Shown one piece after another: positions 1-13,526 of a DNA stretch of 64,000 nt. Made by a program: the position numbers and the translations under genes. This DNA is from the human T2T-CHM13v2.0 reference genome, Homo sapiens. Location: the NCBI RefSeq assembly GCF_009914755.1, contig NC_060936.1; one strand, written 5' to 3'. Under the pieces are notes generated by a model. The model had not been told where the DNA came from and ran no database searches. It saw only the letters and a program-made list of their open reading frames with translations. Every line of letters begins with the position of its first letter. Position 1 is the stretch's first letter.

Positions 1-3000
1 ACTGATGTACTGTATCTCAGGAACACACTATTCTCATAAAATTTACACTAATACACTTTTATTTGAAAGTATCTATATGAAGTATGTCATATGTAAAAAA
101 AGTAAAAAGACAAGTCCGACAGTAACATTCAAGTGGCAGTTATTGTGAGAACTAAAATTGCTAAATGATAGGAAGAAAAATTCCTCAAATTACATTTCTT
201 TTTTCTCTCACATTCAGTGCTGTCTAAACAACAGCAAAAAATCACACATTTTCAGAAAATCTAATTGTATTTCTAAACCATTCCATTCCAGAAAAATCTT
301 TGGCTTTTTTGCCTTATGGTTATTTTAAAGTTTTCAGTGTATCGGGCATACAACAATAATTGTCACTCTATTCTGCCTAATGATAGATTCTTCAACTTTT
401 AAAAAATAAGGAGCAGTTTCTTTCCTGCTTTTTATTTCTTTATACAACTCAGAGACTCAAAGAAGATAATTACAAACAATGCCTGAAGAATGGTTCAGTT
501 AATGTTAATTTATACAACAAACTAATTACTACCAAATGGTAAAAATCACATGTGGAAGTCCCTCTCTCCCACGCACATAACTAAACCAGCAGCCATCTGT
601 CTCAGCTTGGGGAAAGCTCAGGGACACCCAGAGAAGATAAGGAAAAAGGAGGGTGCAGATGCATCGGCTCATTCACCTGCATACCAATCACAAGATCTGA
701 TGACCACATTTCTGAGCATTTAGTACTTTCGGAAAAAGCAAAAAGTAAATACACAGAAAGAAGGTATTCCACATGTGCTTTAATAAAAGTATATGTTGTT
801 CTATAATCATTATCACAGGTAGAAACCTATCTTCAGCAAGTAAGTGCTTATTTTCTTTTAGATAAAAATGACATATTTTAAAACTGTCATTCCTCATCCG
901 TGTACCATTTTGCTACAGAAGAAAGAGCATGCATGCTTGAATTTTATTTAGGAAGTTCATAATTTCTGAGTTCTGGGAAGTGTGTCTGTATTTTAAAACA
1001 GTTAGTAAAATAATCTCTTTAAATATTATAACTATAACTTGGGAGATACTTGCCGAATTATTCTTATTGAAATAACTTCATACATTTTTAAGAGTAAAAT
1101 AATGCTATCAATATTTTGACATTTAATCAGCCTGTCATATGCGGCAAAATAAGGGCGATATTTTTTCATTAATATCACAATGTGAATCTTGACATATAAG
1201 CAATAATGAATTTTCAGACGAAAGAAAAATCTAAATGAGAATTTAAGAGTATTAAAATGCTTTTTCTTTTTATAAATTAAAAGAATATTTATTTATAGAT
1301 GTATTTTGGCATTCAAAATTCCAAATAGAGATTTTAGTGCTTGGTAAGTATTTTTTCAGTAATAAAAAGAATGAGAAAACTAGAAGTAGTATCAATAATG
1401 CCAATTTCCCCTAACATATATCCCCTGTGGAATTAAAAATGTCTTCACATAACATGTGCTGATCTAATTGAAATGGATTCTCTTGCATTGCCCTTCACAT
1501 ACTTGCTGGTAACTAACCTGATTCAGTGATAGACGCCAAAACAAACCCTGAAGCAGTGGCCTATAGGAAACTATACTCTTGCACAATGAGATGTCCCATA
1601 CTGAAGGGTTCCAGACCTTCAATATGAGAGGTTCCTGTAGAAAGCAGTGGAAAAGACTGTACAACAGAGAAGCAGGACCCCAATACTGGAAGTGAGGAAA
1701 CTGAAAAGTTCCCTTGAAGATATTTCTTGAGCTTATTTCATAAAAGTTGACAGATCTTCTACAAAACAATTTTTCTGAAAATTTCCCTGGACGTACACAA
1801 TTTTTCACTTCAATTAACAGATTCTGAATTACTGGAAGCATTTTTTGTTTCTGCTATTTGTCAACTTCTTTTAAGATAACAGTCCCACATTTAGAAAAAC
1901 TGGGAAAGATTATTGTGTTAGCCATTTCTATTAAATGAGCAATTCACAAAGCACGTTAGAGACTGAAGCAAACACTGCAAACATTGTTTTAAATTTCCAC
2001 GCTGCATTTTAATATATAGGAAAAGGTAGAAAAAATGTAACTATCCATTAAAATACTTAAAAAATTCTATTCATTTTCCTTTTTCCTTTTTTATTTTTAT
2101 AAGTTTTTATGCTGATCAACTTTACTCAGGCATATTCTTGAGAAAGCAAGAATATTTTAAAAGTCTAATATTTTGAAATATCTTATTGCCTTTTAAAATA
2201 GGTTAAGAACAGCTATAAACTGCAAAAGAGTTTTCATCCAAAGACTCCTTAAATAATTATTGTGATATTTTCCTTCAAGAAATCTTTATGGAAGGGCCAA
2301 GATTACAATGGTCATTCCTGTTAGAATCAAAGAAGTCACTTTAGAGTTGTAAGGACTTTGCAAATCTCATAATCTATATAAAGCATGCAGGTCAGTTACC
2401 AGCAATTTCCTCCATCTAGCTAGGGGTGGGGGCCATATAAAGGAGGAGAAAATGATAGAAATAAACACCGGATAATTCAAGATTCTAGTAAAAGCTAATA
2501 TTGAAAGTGTCTGTCTTTCATTATTTGGACAAAATTATCACTGAAAGCAAGGTAGACAAATTACTATATAGACCACAAATCTTACAACACGAGATCTTCT
2601 ATTCCGATGTACCAACAACAACCTTTTTTAAAATTTGGATTACCACAGAACACCTAATCAACACCAATAATAAAACTGATAACTGATAAGAGTTCATTAT
2701 TCTTTTCTTCTTTAGGTCCATATGTCTTAAATGGTCCATTGACTTAATAAAAACATTGATAGCTCTAGAATTTCATGCCTGAAAAGAACTACAAAACTTT
2801 TTAAAGTAATTATTTTCAAATAAAGGGAAATGAAGTACTTGTCCAAGATACAGATAATGGCAGAGAAAATGCTACCTCCTAGGTCTTCATAATTCAGTAT
2901 TTTCTCTATTAAATGTCCACTAGGATCAGAGCCAGGAGCCCTTGTGTGAATGGTTCTGGTCGGAGATAGCTTATTCAACCATTTAATTAACTTGTTCAAT

Positions 3001-3066
3001 TAGGAGTCTCTATGCTAGGAACTCTGGATAATGGAATGACTATGACTTTATTGCTGTTCTTTAGGA

Positions 3067-3717
<651 letters not shown>

Positions 3718-5029
3718 AGGACAAGATTTCTTAAGGAAGGCAGGATGGAGGTTTACATCTAGCAGAAAATTCCTGGTAGAGGGGAAACCTGAACTAAATA
3801 GTAAGGATGAATGGCCATCATTCAAATGCAGAGTGAGGTAAAGGCATTGCAACCAGATATCTTAAGCAAATAAAAGCAAGGTGACTAGGAAAAACAGCAG
3901 GCAACTGAGCATTGTTAGAGCAAATGTCATAAAAGGGTGATGCAAGGAAAAGTAGGAAATGAGAAGTGGGACTGGAGAGTTACACAGGAAGTGAGCTCAC
4001 TATGGCTGCAGGTTGACTATGCCCACTTTAATACAGGTCTCTGGGAAACCCAATAAAACATATAGGATGGCACAAATACCACATCACACGCCACTGAGGC
4101 TCTTTTTCCATTCTTGAGAAGATATTAAACAGTTCTACTCTCATATCACTGAGGTTGCTCCTCCATTGTCTTTCCCCTCATGCAGAAATATTTAAAAATA
4201 TAGATTACATTTTAAGAGCCAGCATGACATCTGAACATGTCACTATTAATGTATTACTATTTTGTCCCATATTTGTGTTATATATTTGTGTGTGTTAGAA
4301 TTCAAGCAGTTTTGGTTAAAATTGGGGTTACAGTTACAGAGCAAATAGCATTTTAATGAATTTTGGCTAAGCATATATGTTTTTATTATGGATCAGCACA
4401 TGAATCAAAAATTTACAAAGCTAAGTGTATTTTAGCCCTCCGAGTAAGATTAAGGTTAGGTACCCATTATTATTATTCTTATCATAATCTTGACTCAACT
4501 TTCCAAGCATCTTTCTGCTGGTAGTAAAACAGAGTTCAAGATAATATCCTCTACTCTTTAAAGTAAGTGATGGTTAAAGATGGATAGAGGAAAATCATAC
4601 ATTATATGTCTAGCCTTATTAGTTGCAGCACCCAAAGGAAAGCAATTAAAATATTTTCTTTACAGTTGTAAACTTTTCTCTGGAAGTTGTGAATAAGCAG
4701 AAATGAATAGTTTGAAAATATCCAGATAAGCTGGCATGATGAGTGAAACTACTTTAAAAGAAGTTGCGTCATAGAGAGATAGATCCAGTGAATATTGGAA
4801 TTGTTTTTGCATAAGCACTTAAAGCAAATTGGCTAGACCAGTCATAATAACCATATGACCTAAAAAGTGACATACATAATAAAATGTCTATCAATATGTA
4901 AATATTAATTCATTTTAAAAGATATATAATAGAATGCACTGATTATACATTCGCTTTGGTATGAGTTCCCTCCTCTCTACTTACAGAGCCTCCTGTGCTT
5001 CCTCACTCACACTCCCATTCACCAAAAAT

Positions 5030-5175
5030 AACATAGTTACTCTCCCAAAAGACCACGAACAACTTGAGAACAGGAACTATATCTTTGATTTGTCTTTTCA
5101 TTAACCTATAAAATAACTAGAATATAGTAAGACCTCCATAAATGTTTGCTGTCAGAATGAGAGAATGACTGAATA
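5030..5175 (+). mobile_element. L2 LINE 3' end relic (approximate boundaries)
   Basis: cttgagaacaggaacta...atagtaagacctccataaatgtttgct...gaatga resembles the L2 3' terminus. Confidence 0.5.
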
Positions 5176-5356
5176 GGTGATCACACAAAAAACAAAGGTT
5201 AAAGTTGTAAAGAAAGGAGATATTGACTCCTTCTTGGGCATTTAGAGAGATTTTATACAAGTTGTTAAAACACGAATCATAAGGTAATGAACAAAATAAT
5301 AGAACATAGGACAGAAGTGGGAGTTCCCATTCTGTATTGAGATCCTGATCTGTGTA

Positions 5357-6558
5357 CAGTCATGCATTGCTTAACGACAAGGATATCTTCTGAGAAATGT
5401 GTTAGGTGATGTTGTCATTATGTGAACATCCTAGAGGATCCTTTCACAGACCCAGCTGGTATGTAGCCTACTACACACATAGGCTATAAGGTATGGCCTC
5501 TTGTTTCTAGGGTACAAACCTGTACAGCATGTTACTGTGCTGAATACCGTATGCAACTGTAACACGACTGTAAGTATTTGTGTATTCAAACATATCTAAA
5601 TACAGAAAAGATACAGTAGAAATGAGGTATGAAAGATAAAAAGTGATACACATATATAGGGTATTTACTATGAACAGAGCTTGAAGGACTAGAAGTTGCT
5701 CTGGGTGAGTCAGTGAGTGGCAGGTGAATGTGAAGGGCTAGGACAGGACTGTACACTACAATAGACTGTAAACACTCGATTCTTAGACTAAATTAAATCT
5801 ATAACAAATATTTTTCTTCAATAATGAATTAACCTTAGCTTACTACAATTATTCTACTTTATAAGCTTTTAAATTAATTTTATAATTAATTAAATTAACT
5901 TTTTGACTGCTATAATAACACAGGGTAAAACACACACATCATATAGCTATACAAAAACATATTATTTCCTTATATCCTTATTCTATGAGCTATTTTTCTA
6001 TTCTTAAATTTTTAATTTTTCAAAACTTTTTATACATTTTTGTTAAACACTAAGAAACAAACACACAGGGACTACACGGGGCCAGAATCTTCAATACCAC
6101 CATCTGCCACCTCAGCATCTTATCTCACTGGAAGGTCTTCAGGGGCTATGAGACCCCCCTGTGATCTCCTATGATAACAATGCCTTCTTCTGGAATACTT
6201 CTGAAAAATATGCCTGAGGTTGTTTTACAGTCACCTTGTTTTAATAAGTAGGAGTATACTCTAAAATAACTATAAAAATGATGGCATAGTAAATATATAA
6301 ATCAGTAACATAGCTGTTTATTATCAAGTATTATGTACTGTACATAACTGTATGTGCTATACTTCCAAATGACCAGCAGCACAGTGTTTGCTTACACCAG
6401 CATCACCACAAACTTGTGAATAACATGTTGTGTTACAACCCTACAACAGCTACTATGTCACTAGGCAAAAGGCATTTTTTAGTTCTATTACAATTTTCTG
6501 GGGCCATTGTTATACATGTGGCCTGTTGTTGAATGAAATGTCATGTGGCACTTGACTG
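5357..6558 (+). mobile_element. TcMar-Tigger non-autonomous element, Tigger3b/MER7-like (~1.2 kb)
   Basis: Termini cagtcatgc... / ...gcacttgactg, each flanked by TA; internal gtagcctactacacac...ggtacaaacctgtacagcatgttactgt is typical of Tigger3. Confidence 0.85.
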
Positions 6559-6649
6559 TACTTTCTTTGTGTAAAAACTTGTTCTAGGAAAATATGTTTA
6601 GTTTAGAGATTAAGAGTGAAAAAATTGCTCTCTAAATGTAACTGCAAAT

Positions 6650-9600
6650 TTATTTTTTTTATTCTACTGTAAGTTCTGGGATACATGTGCAGAATGTGCA
6701 GGTTTGTTCCATAGGTATACACGTGTCATGGTGGTTTGCTGCACCCATCAGCCCGTGATCTACATTAGGTATTTCTCCTAATGCTATCCCTCCCCTAGTC
6801 CCCCCACTCCCCGACAGGCCGTGGTGTGTGATGTTCCCCTCTCTGTGTCCATGTGTTCTCATTGTTCAACTCCCACTTATGAGTGAGAACATGCACTGTT
6901 TGGTTTTCTGTTCCTGTGTTAGTTTGCTGAGAATGATGGTTTCCAGTGTATCCATGTCCCTGCAAAGGACATGAACTCATTTTTCTTTTTTACGGCTGCA
7001 TACTATTTCATGGTGTATATGTGCCACATTTTTTTAATCCAGTCTAACATTGATGGGCATTTGGGTTGGCTCCAAGTCTTTGCTATTGTGAATAGTGCTG
7101 CAATAAACATATGTGTGCATGTGTCTTTACAGTAGAATAATTTATAATCCTTTGGGTATATACCCAGTAACAGGATTGCTGGGTCAAATGGTAATTCTGG
7201 TTCTAGATCCTTGAGGAATCGCCACACTGTCTTCCACAATGGTTGCACTAATTTACACTCCCACCAACAGTATAAAAGCGTTCCTATTTCTCCACATCCT
7301 CTGCAGCATCTGTTGTTTCCTGACTTTTTAATGATCACCATTTAACTGGTGTGAGATGGTATCTCATTGTGGTTTTGATTTGCATTTCTCTAATGACCAG
7401 TGATGATGAGCTTTTTTTCATGTTTTTTGGCCGCATAAATGTCTTCTTTTGAGAAGTGTCTGTTCATATCCTTTGCCCACTTTTTGGTGGAGTTGTTTAA
7501 TGTTGTAAATTTGTTTAAGTTCCTTGTAGATTCTGGATATTAGCCCTTTGTCAGATGGATAGATTGCAAAAATTTTCTCCCATTCTGTAGGTTGCATGTT
7601 CACTCTGATGACAGTTTCCTTTGCTGTGCAGCAGCTCTTTAGTTTAATTAGATCCCATTTGTCAATTTTGGCTTGTGTTGCAATTGCTTTTGGTGTTTCA
7701 GTCATGAAATCTTTGCCCATGCCTATGTCCTGAATTGTATTGACTAGGTTTTCTTCTAGGGCTTTAATGATTTTAGGTCTTAGGTTTAAATCTTTAATCC
7801 ATCTTGAGTTAATTTTTGTATAAAGTATAGGGAAGGGGTCCAATTTCAGTTTTCTGCATATGGCTAGCCAGTTTTCCCAACACCATTTATTAAACAGGGA
7901 ATCCTTTCCCATTGCTTGTTTTTGTCAGCTTTGTCAAGGATCAGGTGTTTGTAGATGCGTGGTATTATTTTTGAGGCCTCTGTTCTGTTCCATTGGTCTA
8001 TATCTCTGTTTTCATACCAGTACCGTGGTGTTTTGGTTACTACAGCCTTGTAGTATAGTCTGAAGCCAGATGGTGTGATGCCTCCAGCTTTGCTCTTTTT
8101 GCCTAGGATTGTCTTGGATATAGGGGCTCTTTTTGAGTTCCATATGAAATTTGAAGTAGTTTTTTTCTAATTCTGTGAAGAAAGTCAATGGTAGCTTGAT
8201 GGAAATAGTATTGAATCTATAAATTACTTTGGGCAGTATGGCCATTTTTATGATATTGATTCTTCCTATCCATGAGCATGGAATGTTTTGCCATTTGTTT
8301 GTGTCCTCTCTTATTTCCTTGAGCAGTGGTTTGTAGTTCTCCTTGAAGAGGTCCATCACATCCCTTGTAAGTTGTATTCCTAGATATTTTATTCCCTTTG
8401 TAGCAATTGTGAATGGGAGTTTGCTCATGATTTGGATCTCTTTTTGTCTATTTTTGATGTATAGGAATGCTTGTGATTTTTGTACATTAATTTTGTATCC
8501 TGAGACTTTGCTGAAGTTGCTCATCAGCTTAAGGAGTTTTGGGGCTGAGATGATGGGGTTTTCTAAATATACAATCATGCAATCTGCAAACAGAGATAAT
8601 TTGACTTCCTCTCTTCCTATTTGAATACGCTTTATTTCTTTCTCTTGCCTGACTGCCCTGGCCAACACTTCCAACACTATGTTGAATAGCAGTGGAGAGA
8701 GAGGGCATCCTTGTCTTGTGACGGTTTTCAAAGGGAATGTTTCCAGCTTTTGCCCATTCAGTATATGGGCTGTGGGTTTGTCATAAATAGCTAGTTTATT
8801 GAGTGTTTTAGCATGAGAAGGCCTTTTCTGCATCTCTTGAGATAATCATATGGTTTTTGTCATTGGTTCTATTTATGTGATGGATGAAACCAGCTTGATC
8901 GTGGTGGATAAGCTTTTTAATGTGCTGCTGAATTCAGTTTGCCAGTATTTTATTGAGGATTTTCACATTGATGTTCATCAGGGATATTGGCCTGAAATTT
9001 TCTTTTTTTGCTGTATGTGTTGTTATTGGTCTATTCAGGGATTTGACTTCTTCCTGGTTTATTCTTGGGAGGGTGTATGTGCCCAGGAATTTATCCATTT
9101 CTTCTAGATTTTCTAGTTTATTTCCATAGAGGTGTTTATAGTATTCTCCGATGGTAGTTTGTATTTCTGTGGGATCAGTGGTGATATCCGCTTTATCATT
9201 TTTTATTGTGTCTATTTGATTCTTCTCTCTTTTCTTATTAGTCTGGCTAGCAGTCTATCTATTTTGTTAATCTTTTCAAAAAACCAGCTCCTAGATTCAT
9301 TGATTTTTTGAAGGGTTTTTGTGTCTCTATCTCCTTCAGTTCTGCTCTGATCTTAGTTATTTCTTGTCTTCCGCTAGCTTTTGAATTTGTTTGTGCTTGC
9401 TTCTCTAGTTCTTTTAATTGTGATGTTAGGTTGTTGACTTTAGATCTTTCCCACTTTCTCCTGTGGGCATTTAGTGCTATAAATTTCCCTCTAAATATTT
9501 GCTTTAGCTGTGTCCCAGAGATTCTGGTACATTGTGTCTTAGTTCTCATTGGTTTCAAAGAACTTATTTATTTCTGCCTTAATTTCCTTATTTACCCAGT

Positions 9601-12600
9601 AGTCATTCAGGAGCAGGTTGTTCAGTTTCCATGTAGTTGTGTGGTTTTGAGTGAGTTTCTTAATCCTGAGGTCTAATTTGATTGCACTGTGGTCTAAGAG
9701 ACTGTTATGATTTCCATTTTTTGCATTTGCTGAGGAGTGTTTTACTTCCAATTATGTGGTCAATTTTAGAATAACTGCTATGAAGTGCTGAGAAGAATGT
9801 ATATTCTGTTGATTTGGGGTGGAGAGTTCTGTAGCTGTCTATTAGGTCTGCTTGGTCCAGAGCTAAGTTCAACTCCTGAATATACTTGTTAATTTTCTGT
9901 CTTGTTGATCTAATATTGACAGTGGGGTGCTAAAGTCTCCCACTATTATTGTACTATTATCGTGTTGGAGTCTAAGTCTCTTTGTGGGTCTCTAACTTGC
10001 TTTATGAATCTGGGTGCTCCTGTATTGGGTGCACATACATTTAGAATAGTTAACTCTTCTTGTTGCATTGATCCCTTTACCGTTAGATAATGCCTTTCTT
10101 TGCCTTTTTTGATCTTTGTTGGTTTAAAGTCTGTTTTTATCAGAGACTAGGACTGCTTTTTTTGCTTTCCATTTGCTTTGTAAATCTTCCTCCATCCCAT
10201 TATTCTGAGCCTATGTGTGTCTTTGCACATTAGGTGGGTCTCCTGAATACAGCACACTGATGTTTCTTGACTCTTTACCCAATTTGCCAGTCTGTGCCTT
10301 TTAATTGGGCCATTTAGCCCATTTACATTTAAAGTTAATATTGTTATGTGTGAATTTGATCCTGTCATTATGATGCTAGTTGGTTATTTTGCCTATTGTT
10401 TGATGCAGTTTCTTCATAGTGTTGAAGATCTTTACATTTTGGTTTGTTTTTGCAGTGGCTGGTACCCATTTTTCCTTTTCAAATTTGTGCTTCCTTCAGG
10501 AGCTCCAGTAAGGCAGGCCTGGTGGTGACAAAATTTCTCAGCATTTGCTTGTCTGTAAAGGATTTTATTTCTCCTTCACTTATAAAGCTTAGTTTGGCTG
10601 GATATGAAATTCTGGGTTGAAAATTCTTTTCTTTAAGAGTGTTGAATATTGGTCCCCACTCTCTTCTGGCTTGTAGGGTTTCTGCAGAGAGATATGCTAT
10701 TAGTCTGATGGGCTTCCCTTTGTGGGTAACCCTACTTTTCTCTCTGGCTGCCCTTACCATTTTTTCCTTCATTTCAACCTTGATGAATCTGACGATTACG
10801 TGTCTTGGGGTTGCTCTTCTAGAGCAGTATCTTTGTGGTGTTTTCTGTATTTCCTGAATATGAATGTTGGTCTGCCTTGCTAGGTTGGGGAAGTTCTCCT
10901 GGATAATATCCTGAAATGTGTTTTTCAATTAGGTTCTATTCTCCCCGCCACTTTCAGGTACACCAATCAAACGTAGGTTTGGTCTTTCACATAGTCCCAT
11001 ATTTCTTGGAGGCTATGTTCATTCCATTTCATTCTTTTTTCTCTAATCTTGTCTTCATGCTTTATTTCATTAAGTTGATCTTCAATCTCTGATAGCCTTT
11101 CTTTCGTTTATTCGATTCAGCTGTTGATACTTGCGTATGCTTCACGAAGTTCTTGTGCTATGTTTTTCAGCTCCATCACGTCATTTATGTTCTTCTCTAA
11201 ACTGGTTATTCTAGTTAGCAATTTGTCTAACCTTTTTTCAATGTTCTTAGTTTCCTTGCATTGGGTTAGAACATGCTCCTTTAGTTTGGAGGAGTTTGCT
11301 ATTACTCACCTTCTGAAGCCTACTTCTGTCAATTCATCAAATTCATTCTCCATCCAGTTTTGTTCCCTTGCTGGCGAGGAGTTGTGATCCTTTGTAGGAG
11401 AAGAGCCATTCTGGTTTTTGGAATTTTCAGCCTTTTTGAGCTGTTTTTTCCTCATCTTTGTGGATTTATGTACCTGTGGTCTTTGATGTTGGTGATCTTC
11501 AGATGGAGTTTTTGCATGGTTGTCCTTTTTGTTGATGTTGATGCTATTGCTTTCTGTTTGTTAGTTTTCCTTCTAACAGTCAGACCTCTCTTCTGCAGGT
11601 CTGCTGGAATTTGCTGGGGGTCCACTCCAGACCCTGTTTGCCTGGTTATCACCAGCTGAGGCTGTAGAACAGCAAAGACTGCTGCTTACTCCTTCCTCTG
11701 AAAGCTTCGTCCCAGAGGGGCAGAGCCAGCCGGATCTCTCCTGTATGAGGTTTCTGTTGACCCCTGCTGGGACGTGTCTCCCCGTCAGGAGGCACAGGTG
11801 TCAGGGACCCACTTTAGGAGGCAGTCTGCCGGGAGATCCACTGCTCTCTTCAGAGCCTGTAGGCAGGGAACGTTTAAGTCTGCTGAAGATGCGTCCACAG
11901 CCTCCCCTTCCCCCAGGAGCTCAGTCCCAGGGAGAGAGGAGTTTTATATATAAGCCCCTCGCTGGGCCTGCTGCCTTTCTTTCAGAGACGCCCTGCTCAG
12001 AGAGGAGGAATCTAGAGAGGCAGTCTGGCTACAGTAGCTTTGCCGAGCTGTGGTGGGCTCTGCCCAGTCTGAATTTTCCGGCAGCTTTGTTTAAACTGTG
12101 AGGTGGTTTAAACCGCCTACTCAAGCCTCAGTTATAGCAGATGCCCCTCCCCTCACCCAGTTAAAGTGTCCCAGGTTGACTTCAGGCTGCTGTGCTGACA
12201 GTGAGAATTAGATGCCAGTGGATCTTGGCTTGCTGGGCTCCATGGGGGTGGGATCTGCTGGGCTGGACCACTCGGCTCCCTAGCTTCAGCCCCCTTTCCA
12301 GGGGGAGTGAACGGTTCTGTCTCTCTGGCATTCCAGGTGCCACTGGGGTATGAAAAAAAACTGCAGCTAGCTCAGTGCCTGCCCAAACGGCTGTCCAGCT
12401 TTGTGCTTGAAACCCAGGGCCCTGGTGGTATAGGCACCCAAGGGAATCTCCTGGTCTGCAGGTTGCGAAGACCATGGAAAAAGCATAGTATCTGGGCCGG
12501 ATAGCACTGTCCCTCACGGCTTCCCTTGGCTAGGGGAGGGAGTTCCCTGACCCCTTGCAATTCCCGGGTGAGGCAACGCCCTACCCTGCTTCTGCTCACC

Positions 12601-12752
12601 CTCCGTGGGGTGCACCCACTGTCTAACCAGTCCCACTGAGATGAACCGGGTACCTCAGTTGGAAATGCAGAAATCACCCACCTTCTGCGTTGGTCTGGAT
12701 GGGAGCTGCAGACGGGAGCAGTTCCTATTCGGCCATCTTGCCCGGGGGCCCC
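6650..12752 (-). mobile_element. Full-length but inactivated LINE-1 (L1PA6-8 class), in sense to SOX5
   Basis: GC-rich 5'UTR ending cctattcggccatcttg at ~12740; ORF1 fragments (10479-10928: IIQENFPNLARQ...RISYPAKLSF); ORF2 start MTGSNSHITILTLNVNGLN at 10368; RT fragment ([16 protein letters not shown]...LFAD, 8012-8833); 3'UTR and poly-T at ~6650. Confidence 0.96.
6866..10368 (-). pseudogene. L1 ORF2 (endonuclease/reverse transcriptase) remnant with frameshifts, stops and deletions
   Basis: Split over ORFs 10147-10368, 9259-9751, 8012-8833, 7418-7912 and 7003-7341. Spans 3503 bp versus ~3.8 kb intact; catalytic FADD reads FADC. Confidence 0.92.
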
Positions 12753-13238
12753 TATTATTTTTATTTTATATGTATGTGTTTGTATGCGTGTATTTATTCA
12801 GAAAAATTTCGGAGATCCGACAGAGTTGGCAAAATTTTGTCCTGTGGATAGTATCCACATAGATATAGAAACAGCTATAGGACAGAGATAGATTTAATAC
12901 TACTTTAATTCTATGTTTTCAAAACAACAAATAGATAATATTTTAGAAGGTTTCATATTGTTTGCAATTTAGATAGAACATTTCAAAAGGTATAGTGTAT
13001 AAATATCTATATTATATGTATACTTTAAAACTGACCAATTATTTTTTATTCAAATAGTTTTAATTTAAAAAGCAAAGAAAAAAAATCTGGCAAAAAATTA
13101 AGAACTCTAAGATTTACTATTCCTTTTTACTTAACTAATATTCTTTATTAACTCCTAATTGTAATCCGGTAAGTGAAAAGGCTGTGTCAAAGAAAATGAA
13201 CAATTTCAACTTATCTTGAGTTACACTGTTTCATTTCT

Positions 13239-13526
13239 CTTTTTTTTTATTATACTCTAAGTTTTAGGGCACATGTGTACAATGTGCAGGTTAGTTACAT
13301 ATGCATACATGTGCCATGCTGGTGTGCTGCACCCAGTAACTCGTCATTTAACATTAGGTATATCTCCTAATGCTATCCCTCCCCCCTCCCCCTACCCCAC
13401 AACAGGCCCCGGTGTGTGATGTTCCCCTTCCTGTGTCCATGTGTTCTCATTGTTCAGTTCCCACCTATGAGTGAGAACATGTGGTGTTTGGGTTTTTTTG
13501 TCCTTGCGGTAGTTTGCTGAGAATGA
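13239..13526 (-). mobile_element. 5'-truncated young LINE-1 3' end (L1PA2-4 class, ~290 bp)
   Basis: tatactctaagttttagggcacatgtg...ggttagttacatatg L1 3'UTR; perfect 22-bp TSD tgagttacactgtttcatttct at 13217-13238 and 13532-13553. Confidence 0.93.

Noticed and set aside
6659-12862. Many 60-270 aa ORFs as functional proteins or an active retrotransposon
   Set aside because: They are fragments or antisense frames of one decayed L1 with stops, frameshifts, deletions and a mutated RT catalytic motif.
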